From: a virus
Taxonomy: Duplodnaviria > Heunggongvirae > Uroviricota > Caudoviricetes
Length of the DNA stretch: 64,000 nucleotides
Direction: 5' to 3' (one strand)
Virus record (IMG/VR): IMGVR_UViG_3300015615_000629
Coordinates: 128,001 to 192,000 of that record
In this document: positions 20,755-31,317 of the stretch, piece by piece
Layout of the letters: each line of letters begins with the position of its first letter
Position numbering within the stretch: the first letter of the stretch is position 1
The notes under the pieces: model-generated
Database searches by the model: none
What the model saw: the letters and a program-made list of their open reading frames with translations, nothing else
What the model was told of the DNA's origin: nothing
Program-made: the position numbers and the translations under genes

Positions 20755-21282
20755 TCATTTATTCACCCATTTTCTGGGTCTAATCTGCTGCGAATCGGGT
20801 GGAATTCTAAAAACCTCGATGCAAGCAATTAATTCCTTTACATCTTTTGTTCTTTGCCACTTTGTTACATCATAACCACCAAACGCACTACTCCAAAAGT
20901 ATGAGATGGCATTTTCTATTAATGGTTTCAAATAACGTTCATTCCGTCCGTGACGAGGATAAAATCTTGTCATGCATATATTGCCGTGCGGAATCTCGGA
21001 CGATCCATGAACCGCTTTTGAGTTGTCGCCCTTCATAAAACCAAAACTAAGGCCATGAAAATGAAATCCATCTGGATTTCGATAAGCATCTATTTTAAAA
21101 CAAGTTCTAGGAAATAGAAGGTACTTACTAAGAGTATTAGTGCCGTCATCATCGGCGAATCTTACTGTGCGATATCGACTAGGAAATGTTATAAAAACCT
21201 CTACACCAAGATCGACGTTTCGGTCGTGATAACGTCGATAGACTTCTGTGTATCTTTCAAAGATTTTCATCGTCTTGCCCAT
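20755..21282 (-). CDS. prokaryotic E2-like protein (paralog 4)
   Basis: PSRYRTV, YLLFPRTCF, HGNICM, YFWSSAF; tandem duplicate of the next gene. Confidence 0.65.
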   Translation of the reverse strand: MGKTMKIFERYTEVYRRYHDRNVDLGVEVFITFPSRYRTVRFADDDGTNTLSKYLLFPRTCFKIDAYRNPDGFHFHGLSFGFMKGDNSKAVHGSSEIPHGNICMTRFYPRHGRNERYLKPLIENAISYFWSSAFGGYDVTKWQRTKDVKELIACIEVFRIPPDSQQIRPRKWVNK

Positions 21283-21815
21283 TTTCTTGGAAAAATTTGT
21301 TTTGAATCGGGAGGAATTCTACCAATTATAGATGCGGCCCGCCCTTCGACAGTACAGAAGTAGTCATTAACATCCTCAATTTTTTTCCACAAACCGATGT
21401 AATGAGAAACAAAAAACGAACTATTCCAAAAATAATTGACTACATCCGATACAAGTGTGTCGGCGTAACGAATGGATGGAAGCCTCAAATAATTTTCCAT
21501 ACAAACAGAACCATCCCATCCAATATTTGGCAGATACCTGTGATAATAGATGATTTTTGAATTCTCATTCTTAAGGATTCCAAACTTTAAAGATTTGAAT
21601 TTAAAACCGGTTGACGTTCGAAAAACATCGATACCAAAACAGGTTGCCGGAAACAACAAATATTCATTGGTAACTCGATGACGATAATCACCCTCAAATC
21701 TAATAGTTCGATATCTGCTAGGTTCTGTAACTACAATCGTAGCAGCCAGATCAGCATCTTTTGAAAGATGCCGCTTAACTTCCCTAAGTAATCTCTTTTT
21801 CGAGAAAATTTTCAC
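21267..21815 (-). CDS. prokaryotic E2-like protein (paralog 5)
   Basis: PSRYRTI, YLLFPATCF, LPNIGWDGSVCM, YFWNSSF. Confidence 0.72.
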   Translation of the reverse strand: MKIFSKKRLLREVKRHLSKDADLAATIVVTEPSRYRTIRFEGDYRHRVTNEYLLFPATCFGIDVFRTSTGFKFKSLKFGILKNENSKIIYYHRYLPNIGWDGSVCMENYLRLPSIRYADTLVSDVVNYFWNSSFFVSHYIGLWKKIEDVNDYFCTVEGRAASIIGRIPPDSKQIFPRKWARR

Positions 21816-21817
21816 AA

Positions 21818-22591
21818 TTACTCTCCGACATGGTGATCAATAGACATTCCAGCCTTCTTTTTCATTCTCGGCAGAATATCTCTCTTAAAGTTAAATGGCC
21901 GATATTCTCCCAAAATCTTGTTGGCATTGTCCACACCAACATCAATTGAACGCCGACTAGGAAAAAGTTTATCCAACATTGGTTCGGCTGTAGAGTGGCT
22001 GTGTCCGTAAGCTGCTATCGCACCGCGATGCATTTTATTCCAAATCGCTGGTGCGTAATGTTGCACTATAAGTAGGTCGTTGCCTACATATATCTCGTCA
22101 TAATCCTTAGCAGTTACAAACAGATTATGAATGCTCTTTTTGTCGTGATTGCCCCAAACAATATGAACGTTACGACAAATTATGCGATTACGATATTCAG
22201 AAGCACGCTCATAATAACTATGACGCACGCCATAACAGAAATCGCCAATTATTCTCAAATCTGCATCGATAGGGACAGTTTCATTTATCCTATCGATAAG
22301 ATGTGCATCCATGCGGTCTGTAGATTCCTTACAAGGCCGAAAGAATAGCCTTGCTAGTTCTTCTTTAAGTCGTCGATATTCGCTTGGAGATATAGTCAAA
22401 ACCGGCCGAGGATCACCTACATTGTCACGTTCGTAGGCTTTTACAAGCGGTTCGATAGCATCAATATCGTCAAGCCGTTTTTGCTCATCGGGATTGAGAA
22501 AGGGCCGATGGCAATATTTCAAAATGTTTGAATGGCCAACGTGCAAATCAGCTGTCAGAAATAGTTCTTCAGGGTCTATGTTGTTTTTCAT
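21818..22591 (-). CDS. calcineurin-like metallophosphoesterase
   Basis: DLHVGH, GD, GNHD, H, GHSH motifs. Confidence 0.9.
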   Translation of the reverse strand: MKNNIDPEELFLTADLHVGHSNILKYCHRPFLNPDEQKRLDDIDAIEPLVKAYERDNVGDPRPVLTISPSEYRRLKEELARLFFRPCKESTDRMDAHLIDRINETVPIDADLRIIGDFCYGVRHSYYERASEYRNRIICRNVHIVWGNHDKKSIHNLFVTAKDYDEIYVGNDLLIVQHYAPAIWNKMHRGAIAAYGHSHSTAEPMLDKLFPSRRSIDVGVDNANKILGEYRPFNFKRDILPRMKKKAGMSIDHHVGE

Positions 22592-22597
22592 CCATGC

Positions 22598-22608
22598 ATT
22601 CTAGCACA
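22598..22608 (-). promoter_or_regulatory. extended -10 promoter TGTGCTAGAAT
   Basis: 6 nt above ATG 22591. Confidence 0.6.
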
Positions 22609-22621
22609 GATAATTTAACCG

Positions 22622-22936
22622 TCAATCAAGCAGCAATCCAATGTTTTCCCTCAAGACCGACTCAGTTTGTAACCCCTTGACAATCTTAGAGATAGCACCA
22701 TTCTTGAAAAAGTAGATTGCTGGAATGGCATCAATGTTATAGGTGGAAGCCAAATCGTAATTTTCATCTACGTTAACCTTACCTATTTTTACTTTTCCAG
22801 AAAATTCTTTTTCTAGTTTTTCAATCAAGGGAGTCATGGCGTTACAAGGGCGGCACCAAGGAGCCCAAAAATCTACCACAACCGGTATTTGTGACTTAAT
22901 AACCTCTTGCTCAAAATTACTTGAAGTAAAGTTCAT
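22622..22936 (-). CDS. trxA: thioredoxin
   Basis: VDFWAPWCRPC; IP cis-Pro motif. Confidence 0.95.
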   Translation of the reverse strand: MNFTSSNFEQEVIKSQIPVVVDFWAPWCRPCNAMTPLIEKLEKEFSGKVKIGKVNVDENYDLASTYNIDAIPAIYFFKNGAISKIVKGLQTESVLRENIGLLLD

Positions 22937-23433
22937 GCTTTAAACCGAGCCTTTCCTTTAAAATGCATAAATTCGAAAACATAAGCCTGATTATCATTAT
23001 CTGAATCATAATGATCTGTTAGTATCTGAACAGCCCTAAAACCCAAATCTTTAAAAAATAAATGGGCTTGAAGGTTGTAATCCACGATTATAGCCTGCAA
23101 CAATCCATTATTGGCTTTTGTAAAAACCGCTTTTTTTAATTGTTCCACCATTTGGGTGGCGACCTTTTTTCGACGATATTCCTCTTTAACGGCAATATTG
23201 ATGATTTCATAATAATCCGGCCCGTCACGAGTAATATACATATAACCAACAATTTCCTCTTCTTCCGTCTCAGCTACAAAGGCTAATACATCTTCATCTT
23301 TTATAAATTTAGATATTTCCGCCAATGTCCACGGTGTTGGGAAACTTTCCGATTCAATTTTTGAAATTTGTTTGCAATGCTTTTGGCATGCTCGTCGAAT
23401 AGAGATCATACCAATATTTAGTTCTGTTAACAT
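22933..23433 (-). CDS. RimI-like GNAT acetyltransferase
   Basis: IESESFPTPW, NIAVKEEYRRK, N.QAHLFF..LGF. Confidence 0.8.
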   Translation of the reverse strand: MLTELNIGMISIRRACQKHCKQISKIESESFPTPWTLAEISKFIKDEDVLAFVAETEEEEIVGYMYITRDGPDYYEIINIAVKEEYRRKKVATQMVEQLKKAVFTKANNGLLQAIIVDYNLQAHLFFKDLGFRAVQILTDHYDSDNDNQAYVFEFMHFKGKARFKA

Positions 23434-24177
23434 GATGATTTTTGAGCAACTAAATCACATAACCAGTAACAATAATTCTCCGTCAGAGGTAGAACTTTAT
23501 TGTGCCAAGAGTTAAATAACCGCTCATCCTTTCCTAAAAACAAATTAATCCTTCCAAGACGCTCTTTATGTGAAATTGAAGCGTCCAACGAAGCCAAAAG
23601 ATTCTTATCTTTATCGAATTTACAGATTTGATCGTCAAAACAGTAGCAAAACGTCTCCCAAGCAAACAATTTAACCTCTTCCTTGGAAGATATTAAAGAC
23701 TTGGAATTCGCCTCGTTTGCCCAATTTAACAGAAATGATTCATAATTGTCCCACTCAATCCACATTTCCTTGCCAATAGTTTGAAAAAGCGAATTTCTAG
23801 AAGGAGATAAGAATTTGATAATATAAATGTTAGAATCCCAGCCAATTGACATAATTAGCCTGGAAATCTTGTCGTCTATCTCATCTTTGAAGAAAAGATA
23901 CCCAGATTCGACATGATGCACGAAAGGCAGATTAATTTTGTTTCTTTTTAGATATTCTTCACACAAAAGCATTCAATCTACCTTAAACCTGGAAGATAAG
24001 AAGATATCTGGATCGTGTTCCCAGACATAACGCTCTTCGTTCCATATAATTGGAAATTCCGTAGGTACTTCCAACAGAAGAGTATAGAGATGAGCGGCAT
24101 TTTCAGCCCTTTCCACGGTTCTGTGGAACAATAAAGGGTGAATGTCTGGAAATTGTTCTTTAATTGAGTTAATTATT

Positions 24178-24468
24178 TCAGGACTTATCATGCATTTTTC
24201 GTCGCATTTCTAGGAATCTATTGAGTTTATATCTGCTATAAACATAGCAGAAAATAACACCACCTAAAACGCCCATTATTATCCCAGATGGAGAAAATGG
24301 GTTGCCATGTCCAATCAAGAAATTTACAAATCCACCAATATAAGAACCAACAATTCCAATACCAATCGTTTGCAAAAATCCTACCGGCACTTCTGGCTTA
24401 TTGTACAACATCCTAGAAATAAAACCAACTATAAATCCATAAATTGCCCAACCAAGTAAAAATAACAT
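24178..24468 (-). CDS. GlsB/YeaQ/YmgE (transglycosylase-associated) membrane protein
   Basis: G.IVGFISR...TIGIGIVGSYIGG three-TM pattern. Confidence 0.8.
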   Translation of the reverse strand: MLFLLGWAIYGFIVGFISRMLYNKPEVPVGFLQTIGIGIVGSYIGGFVNFLIGHGNPFSPSGIIMGVLGGVIFCYVYSRYKLNRFLEMRRKMHDKS

Positions 24469-24470
24469 TT

Positions 24471-25361
24471 TTATCTCCTTTTTGCTTTTACCGTCAAATA
24501 GTCATCCGGTGTAATCCTATTGAAAATATCTTGCGATAGGGCTTCCATATAGCGTTTTACCTTAGAAATAAACTCCCTATGTCCGCTATATCCATAAACC
24601 TTTACTAAAGCCTTTTCGTTCGCTCCAGAAAGCAAGAATTTTACAAAATTGTCCTGCCCTAGTTCCTTTCTCAATAACAAACAGACCATTGCTGCCTCTT
24701 TGTCAAAAGAATTTCTATCATCGTTACTAAGTTTTACCCATTCTTCCGGAGTCGTTTCAAACAGTTTTTTAGTGTCAAAAAAAGTGGTCTTAAAACTTCT
24801 TGAATTCATCACCGACTTGATCTGCTCAGGCGTACCATTCAAAAGCCCCATTCCACGATGCACCCAATGTCCTAAATTAACTCCAGATTGTTCTTCCAAT
24901 TCCTTCATACACACTAAAGTCAAGGGAATTGGAATAGTGTTATTTGGGGAATCATCTAATACCAACCACAATTTACTGCGTATAATCTTGCCATTGGCAT
25001 CACAAGTTACTTCTCCATGAGATGAATTGATCTTAAATATTTTCTCAAGAAGTTCCCTGTTAGGAACACAACAAACAATACATTCAGAACCAAAATCTAC
25101 GTTCGGCAATCCCCAACGATCAAGTAACCACTTTTTCATTGGTTCTATATTATTAGCCAAATAAGCAGATTGTTTATAATCAATGCTGCAAACAACAAAG
25201 TTCTTAGTTTTCCAAGTATGCCATTCCAAATCTTCCAATTCTGGGTCGATTTTAGGAGCTTCTCCATAAGGAAATGGCAAATCCCTTGTAAAACGTCGCT
25301 GCTGACCGATAGCAGGAGAACACAAGGCTAAAAACATCAGAATACTAAGAAAGAGTCTCAT
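24471..25361 (-). CDS. exported hypothetical protein
   Basis: N-terminal signal peptide; 296 aa. Confidence 0.55.
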   Translation of the reverse strand: MRLFLSILMFLALCSPAIGQQRRFTRDLPFPYGEAPKIDPELEDLEWHTWKTKNFVVCSIDYKQSAYLANNIEPMKKWLLDRWGLPNVDFGSECIVCCVPNRELLEKIFKINSSHGEVTCDANGKIIRSKLWLVLDDSPNNTIPIPLTLVCMKELEEQSGVNLGHWVHRGMGLLNGTPEQIKSVMNSRSFKTTFFDTKKLFETTPEEWVKLSNDDRNSFDKEAAMVCLLLRKELGQDNFVKFLLSGANEKALVKVYGYSGHREFISKVKRYMEALSQDIFNRITPDDYLTVKAKRR

Positions 25362-25614
25362 ACTTGTATTTATATATGATCCTTAGATAATCCTTCATTT
25401 CGCCCTCGACTCTAGAACGAGCAAAAGTAGAAAATAAGATATTTTTATCTATTTTGTATCTAATTGAAGCCTTGACAAGCCCCATATAAGCCGCAGATTT
25501 TAATTCATCAAAGCTTATACGTTTACTGGCTTTTCTAAAATATTTGGCGGCCAAGCTATTTGCAAACGGCATATAGTTGACAACAAGTTCGTTTCGTTCT
25601 TCTAAAGTTAACAT
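25345..25614 (-). CDS. truncated FliA/WhiG-like sigma factor (region 2 only)
   Basis: RNELVVNYMP, DELKSAAYMGLVKA, FSTFARSRVEGEMKDYLR; ends before regions 3 and 4. Confidence 0.7.
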   Translation of the reverse strand: MLTLEERNELVVNYMPFANSLAAKYFRKASKRISFDELKSAAYMGLVKASIRYKIDKNILFSTFARSRVEGEMKDYLRIIYKYKYETLS

Positions 25615-25622
25615 AAAGTTCT

Positions 25623-26880
25623 CATGAAATTACTCAACCATAAAGGCCGAATTTCCGATCCAACCAGTAGCTTTCTATGAAGAAAGTCTAACACCAGGAC
25701 AATCGGCTATCCCCGTAATTCCTACGGTTCTATTTTGCTCATTTAATCCTTGTCTCAATATGTTTTTAGCAGCATTTAGATCCCGCCCCAAATGCTTGTT
25801 ACACCTTGGACAAGTCCATTCTCGATCATTTAATGTTAAACTATCATTTATATAACAACACTCATTACAAGTCTTTGAGGATGGAAACCAGCGACAAATT
25901 TGTATAAATTCCCGTCCATACCAACGTGATTTATACTCAATTTGTCGTATTAACTCATATAATGAGCAATCTTGAATGGCTTTTGACAACTTACGATTCT
26001 TCATCATTCCACTTATGTTCAAATCTTCCATAATGATAACTTGGTTTTCGCTAACGATTTTATGGCTAATTTGGTGTAAATGGTTATTTCTAATGTTGGC
26101 GATCTTGTTGTCTAGTTTGGCTAATCTTATTCGTGCTTTTTCTCTACCTTTTGAACCTTTTATAGTTCTTGAAAGGGCTTTGGCTCGAATTCGTCGGGTT
26201 TTTTCAAGTGTTCGATATGGTTTGATATTCTTGTATATTGTTCCATCTGAGCAGATGGCTAAGTCTTTGACTCCTAAATCAATTCCAACGGTTTTGTCAG
26301 TTTTAGGAAGTTGTTCAATAGTTCGTTTAACACAGACACTTACAAAATATTGCCCAGCTTTGTTTTTTATTACGGTCACGTTTCTTATTTCGCCTTCTAT
26401 TTGTCGATGAAGATTTATCCTTATTCCTTCTTTAAATTTAATGATGTGTAGATTGTCATTTTCAATTCTTATGTTTTGTGGAACTCGGAACGATTGTTTT
26501 GCATGACGTTTTTTGAATTTGGGAAAACCACTAAGTTTCTTATAGAATCTGTTGAATGCTCCATCTAGGTGCTTGAGGGCGTATTGAAGGCTTTGGGCAT
26601 TGACCTCATTTAACCACTTAAAGTCTCTCTTAGTTTCAGTAAGGACTTTGTTATCATCGAAATAATTCAAAGATTTCTTGTCTAAATCTTTTTCTTTTGC
26701 TTCAAGGTAAAACTTTGTTCGGTTGTCAAGGAAATGATTATAGCACCAACGGACGCAACCAAAATGTTTAGACAATTTGATTTCTTGTTCTTTTGTTGGA
26801 TAAAGTCTGAATTTATACGTGTAATCTGTTGGCTTCATTAATATCTATACTGATAATCACTACAGTATATATGGCGATTT
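25623..26880 (-). mobile_element. tnpB-only IS200/IS605-type element (ends approximate)
   Basis: TnpB with no tnpA; upstream hairpin TATACTG/CAGTATA (26846-26869); downstream omegaRNA-like region ending near ...GTAATTTCA. Confidence 0.6.
25675..26838 (-). CDS. tnpB: TnpB RNA-guided nuclease
   Basis: YKFRLYPT HTH; RuvC GIDLG, MEDL and RDLNAA all intact; zinc ribbon. Confidence 0.95.
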   Translation of the reverse strand: MKPTDYTYKFRLYPTKEQEIKLSKHFGCVRWCYNHFLDNRTKFYLEAKEKDLDKKSLNYFDDNKVLTETKRDFKWLNEVNAQSLQYALKHLDGAFNRFYKKLSGFPKFKKRHAKQSFRVPQNIRIENDNLHIIKFKEGIRINLHRQIEGEIRNVTVIKNKAGQYFVSVCVKRTIEQLPKTDKTVGIDLGVKDLAICSDGTIYKNIKPYRTLEKTRRIRAKALSRTIKGSKGREKARIRLAKLDNKIANIRNNHLHQISHKIVSENQVIIMEDLNISGMMKNRKLSKAIQDCSLYELIRQIEYKSRWYGREFIQICRWFPSSKTCNECCYINDSLTLNDREWTCPRCNKHLGRDLNAAKNILRQGLNEQNRTVGITGIADCPGVRLSS

Positions 26881-27102
26881 AATTTATTTTTGAAGAAACT
26901 ATTTAAACGGCTTGCGTCCACATTCATGGTTAAACTCTGGTGTTTGGTACATCAATCAAGCCACTGTCTGGGTTGGCAGGAGGTGGCGGTGGAACGGGTG
27001 CTTTATTCTGTTCGATAAGAATAGAAACCCCACGCACCAGAGCCATGCCAATAAACAGCAACCCAAGTAATATTATAAGGTTAAGTATACAAATTGTAAG
27101 TA

Positions 27103-28245
27103 TCATGCGTTCACAGCCGAAGTTATGTCTACAAGGTTGAAACCATCTGTGTTATTTAATTCAGTTATGTTGAATTCTAAATTTGGATTTTTTACCCAAT
27201 AACTACTTTTAAATAATCCTAATTTATCTGTCAAGACGTATAACCTCGGATTGGACGGACTCGTAATTGTTTTCGTAATGGTATTTATCCTAACGTTAAA
27301 TTTTAATCTGGTAGTTGGTAAACAGGTTACATCTTGAGGTATGACAAACAAAATCCTTGAATCTAGACTCTTGGAGGACGCAATTTTACTGACGTAGACT
27401 GATAATTTCCAAGCACTAGTAGAGAGTAATTCCCCTGAAACTTCGTCGGTACAACCCCATTCAAAAAGAACAGACCAACGCTCTCCACCACCACTGAAAT
27501 TATAATTCCTAATCCAAGAGCCCCTATTTGAATTATATTCTAAAGAAACCTTTCCAGGTATAGAATTACCAGTTCTTCTTAAGAAATCACCTAAAGGATT
27601 AGAAATACTTAAATTGTGTCTTAGATTTATCTGTAATCCGATACCGTTACAACCACACTCCGTATTAACCAAACCATCTGATATGGATAATGTATCTGAG
27701 AACACTTCCGTATCGTCCGGAAAGCCTGTGCCGCCAAAAATAAATCCGCCACTACCCGTATAACTAAACGAAGAACTTGGTTCTGTAATGAGGTTTAAAC
27801 AATCAGCAACTTGTTCTAAGTCTTGTTCTTCAAATACGTTACAACCATAATCCACACCAGGAGTTTGATAAACTGGAACGCTGTGTTTTTTAATAGATTG
27901 TATCGGCCATTTAAGTGGAGAGTTGCTATTATTTAACTTTTCGCAAAGGTCAGACAAGCCTCTTGCCGCAATAACCTGAATAAATGTGGGATTCGCAACT
28001 TCGCACAGGTCATCGGAAGGATCGAGCCCTGTATTTTCGCATGTTGGGTTTATACATTCGCCTTGAACTTGGTAGTAAAATAGTTCGGATTCAGTATTCC
28101 AGGTAATATCTAAGGACTCTTCTGTAAAGCCTGCAAAAGAGAAGCCTCCAGAGCCAGTATAGCTAAAGCTACTTGCTTCTGCAGTCGCAGCGACATAAGG
28201 TGGCTCGAAAGTAGAATAAATTAAATGGAATATACTAGGTAACAT
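27103..28245 (-). CDS. hypothetical, probably virion-associated protein
   Basis: Duplicated SSFSYTGSGGF motif; Ser/Thr/Cys rich. Confidence 0.5.
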   Translation of the reverse strand: MLPSIFHLIYSTFEPPYVAATAEASSFSYTGSGGFSFAGFTEESLDITWNTESELFYYQVQGECINPTCENTGLDPSDDLCEVANPTFIQVIAARGLSDLCEKLNNSNSPLKWPIQSIKKHSVPVYQTPGVDYGCNVFEEQDLEQVADCLNLITEPSSSFSYTGSGGFIFGGTGFPDDTEVFSDTLSISDGLVNTECGCNGIGLQINLRHNLSISNPLGDFLRRTGNSIPGKVSLEYNSNRGSWIRNYNFSGGGERWSVLFEWGCTDEVSGELLSTSAWKLSVYVSKIASSKSLDSRILFVIPQDVTCLPTTRLKFNVRINTITKTITSPSNPRLYVLTDKLGLFKSSYWVKNPNLEFNITELNNTDGFNLVDITSAVNA

Positions 28246-28880
28246 TACAAAACCTTACAAATTTCAGCAACCAACGGATGGCGTACAATAGCCTCTTCCG
28301 TAAAGGTTATTGTGCCTATACCTATTATATTACTTAACTTTTCAACAACGTGTCTCAAGCCGCTATTACTAATATCAGATTGATTAGGGTCCGCTGTAAT
28401 TATCATTTTACTTCCCGTTCCCATTCTGGTTAAGAACAGCTTTAATTGCATTGTTGTGCAATTTTGGGCTTCGTCCAAAATACAGACAGAATCTTCTAAA
28501 GACCTACCTCTTAAATAGGCCAATGGGGCAATTTCTATTGCATTATTGATAAAATCTCTTTGCGGTCCTTTTTCGCCAACCACTTTCCTAATACAATCGA
28601 AAAAAGGAAGCATATAAGGATGTACTTTTTCATGGAAATCTCCAGGTAAAAAGCCCAAACTTTCTCCTGCTTCTACAATGGGTCTTGTTAAAATAATTCT
28701 CTTTTTCTGCTTCTTGAGAACTTCGTTAATAGCAAATGCAGTGGCTAGATGTGTCTTGCCAGTACCTGGAGAACCTAGCATGATTATTATATCATGTTGC
28801 TGAAACAGGCTGTAGGCGAGACGTTGAGAAGGATGTAAAAACTCGATATGAAACTTATTTGTTGTCTTTTTTGGCTCCAT
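28245..28880 (-). CDS. phoH: PhoH-family ATPase
   Basis: GSPGTGKT, LTRP.VEAGESLGFLPGD, RGRSL, DEAQN, VRHPLV. Confidence 0.95.
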   Translation of the reverse strand: MEPKKTTNKFHIEFLHPSQRLAYSLFQQHDIIIMLGSPGTGKTHLATAFAINEVLKKQKKRIILTRPIVEAGESLGFLPGDFHEKVHPYMLPFFDCIRKVVGEKGPQRDFINNAIEIAPLAYLRGRSLEDSVCILDEAQNCTTMQLKLFLTRMGTGSKMIITADPNQSDISNSGLRHVVEKLSNIIGIGTITFTEEAIVRHPLVAEICKVL

Positions 28881-29304
28881 TATTTAACCTGTTAATGAAT
28901 TTATCCCATTCCTTATTGTAAAAACTCAAATTTTTATGCTTGCAAAAATGATTTGCAAACGAATGACAAAATAATTCTTCGTCATTTTCTTTAATTTTTG
29001 AATCTTTAGCAATTTCAGACCATTCTTGTCGTAAGTCTTTATCTACTAAATACTTCCATACAAGATGTCCTATTTCATGTAATAGGGTAAATTCTTTAGA
29101 ATGAAACCAAGGGGCAGCAATGGTAATTGACTTCTTTTTCTCGTCAATTACGCCTACGTGTTGGTTATCTTTGTGAAGAGTATGGCCGTCTTGAAAATTG
29201 AATTTATACCCAACAAGTAGTTTTTGATACCGTTTAGGTAATTTCTTGACAGTGCCAACGATATCGGCATCATCGGATTCTAAAAGAAAATCCCTGAATT
29301 CCAT
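28855..29304 (-). CDS. zincin-like metallopeptidase with CTS-like N-terminus
   Basis: LLHEIGH...EELFC; MEFRDFLLE; TAAATA 4 nt upstream. Confidence 0.65.
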   Translation of the reverse strand: MEFRDFLLESDDADIVGTVKKLPKRYQKLLVGYKFNFQDGHTLHKDNQHVGVIDEKKKSITIAAPWFHSKEFTLLHEIGHLVWKYLVDKDLRQEWSEIAKDSKIKENDEELFCHSFANHFCKHKNLSFYNKEWDKFINRLNNGAKKDNK

Positions 29305-29319
29305 GCCTTATTTATGGAC

Positions 29320-30072
29320 TTAAGACACAGAAACCGATTCTATTTGACGTAATAATTTAGGGATAGTTAAACTGGCTTCTTCGCACATTATTTCATATTC
29401 GTTAAAATCTACATTAAATGCTTTATAATGATGCACCAATCCATTGGTTTTTTCAGGATGTGCGAAGCCTTGAGGAGAAAATCCTGCTCTTTGGGCTTTT
29501 CTAGTCATAATAAACGCATGTCCCGCCATTGGGAGTTCTTCCGGCCAAGGAGCAATTTTATCCCAACATTGTCTAGACATCATCATGCACCATTCTTCAA
29601 CGAAATTGACACGTTGATTCCCAATCTCATAAGTGTGAAATTGGAAACCAACTATTCCGGCATTCTGGTGTGCTAGAACATTGATTAAATTATCCAACCA
29701 ACCAGGATATAAAACAGATACGTCAGCATGCATGAAAACAAGATATTTAGAACGTTTATCGGCAGCCGCAGCCCCTCGATTGGCAGCCGCAGACCAATAA
29801 AGATTCTTCTCGTTTCTCACAATCTTTATAGACTCGTCCTCGATTTCATCGAGAAAGTCTTGTGTTTCTTTGCCAGAATTGTTATCAACAATTATAACTT
29901 CATAATTATTGTTAAAACTAGTTACTGCAATCGATTGAATACAAAGATTGAGGTAATGCGGCGAATCCTTATGAACAACAATTATAGAAATCTGTTCGTC
30001 TGAACCGTCGTGTAAGTTAATTGTCATTTCTGGACGTTCCCCGTCCAATGGGTTATAGGCACTTTTATTCAT
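29320..30072 (-). CDS. glycosyltransferase family 2
   Basis: ISIIVV, EVIIVDNNS, N.YWSAAANRG, FMHAD. Confidence 0.85.
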   Translation of the reverse strand: MNKSAYNPLDGERPEMTINLHDGSDEQISIIVVHKDSPHYLNLCIQSIAVTSFNNNYEVIIVDNNSGKETQDFLDEIEDESIKIVRNEKNLYWSAAANRGAAAADKRSKYLVFMHADVSVLYPGWLDNLINVLAHQNAGIVGFQFHTYEIGNQRVNFVEEWCMMMSRQCWDKIAPWPEELPMAGHAFIMTRKAQRAGFSPQGFAHPEKTNGLVHHYKAFNVDFNEYEIMCEEASLTIPKLLRQIESVSVS

Positions 30073-30297
30073 CTTCTATTTCCAATTCAAATATTCCAAT
30101 TTCCATCATGCATTCTGCCTCGCCAGAAGGCGTGGAAATCTTAAAAATCTTAGGCTTTCCATCAAAAGAAATAAGTTCAGATTTCTTTTTGGAAAGATAC
30201 AAAGCCCCTTGGGCTTCATCTTTAAAGGCTTTTTCGGCACGAATGAAACAATATTCTCCGTCAATCTGTCTGCTCACGGAAATTACAGCCCACAGTT

Positions 30298-30810
30298 TCA
30301 TCCTGTACTCCCAAAGCCGCCTGAGCCACGGGTGGTGGCTCCTAAACTAACTGTTTCGAGCCAATCAAACTTGCTGACTGGTTCAATGTACATTTGGGCG
30401 ATACGGTCGCCACGTTTTATCAGAGCTAATTCATGTCCAATATTTGCTAAAATAACACAAATTTTACCACGATAATCACTATCAATTATCCCAGGAGCAT
30501 TCGCCACAATTATACCCTTTGAAGCCAAACCGCTCCTAGAAACAATGCACGCCTTGTATCCAGGCGGCAATTCCATCGAAAAACCACAATCAAACTTGAA
30601 AATCCCACGATGAGGAATACGAATATCATCTGAATTTGATACTAAGTCCACACACGCAGAACCTTCTGTGTGGTATTGCGGAATATAACTTGGATTGTCC
30701 GCAACGATTTTCACACCGACATTTTCAATCGTCGGTTTAAAAAACTTCTTAGCCGGCGATTCCTTCAAAACTACTCTAGCACTACCCTTTTTAGCTGTCT
30801 TTTTCTTCAT
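30298..30810 (-). CDS. dut: trimeric dUTPase
   Basis: SRSGLA, GIIDSDYRG, GDRIAQ, RGSGGFGSTG. Confidence 0.95.
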   Translation of the reverse strand: MKKKTAKKGSARVVLKESPAKKFFKPTIENVGVKIVADNPSYIPQYHTEGSACVDLVSNSDDIRIPHRGIFKFDCGFSMELPPGYKACIVSRSGLASKGIIVANAPGIIDSDYRGKICVILANIGHELALIKRGDRIAQMYIEPVSKFDWLETVSLGATTRGSGGFGSTG

Positions 30811-31317
30811 TTTTAGATTCCTTATTTTTGTTAATTTTAGCAATTCTAGAATTTAAAGTCTTCTTAAAAAACCTATATGAATTCTCAGGATATTGAGAAA
30901 CATCCTTTACGAGGGTCTTTTTTACATAGTCAGATAATTCTAATGATTCAATCCAAGTAATCATCTCTTTGAGTGTAATCGGCTTGACCAAAGGCATAGA
31001 AGGCGTTGGATTGACCCTTATATTAAGTTTAGTTAGATCACTCATGGTTTATGGATTGTTTCCCAAATTCGTTCTTTTTAAGCATTATATCTTGAATTAA
31101 ATCGGCTGGAACTGAATTTGATGGTTTTCTTTTGTCTTGTAATTGTTTAATTACTTTAAGGGCTAATTCCTTGGCAATCGGTTCCCCCGATAATCTATAA
31201 AAGTCACCGGAAGCAAAATTAGCAAAAAGAACCTCTGAATTTTCATTTTCCGATACTAATACAGGAAATAGATAATCTACCTTCATGGAATATAACAGTT
31301 GCTTTCTAAATAATAAA

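Noticed and set aside
25345-26838. Nuclease-dead TnpB (TldR/dCas12f)-sigma RNA-guided transcription system
   Set aside because: All three RuvC catalytic residues are intact; adjacency is explained more simply by insertion
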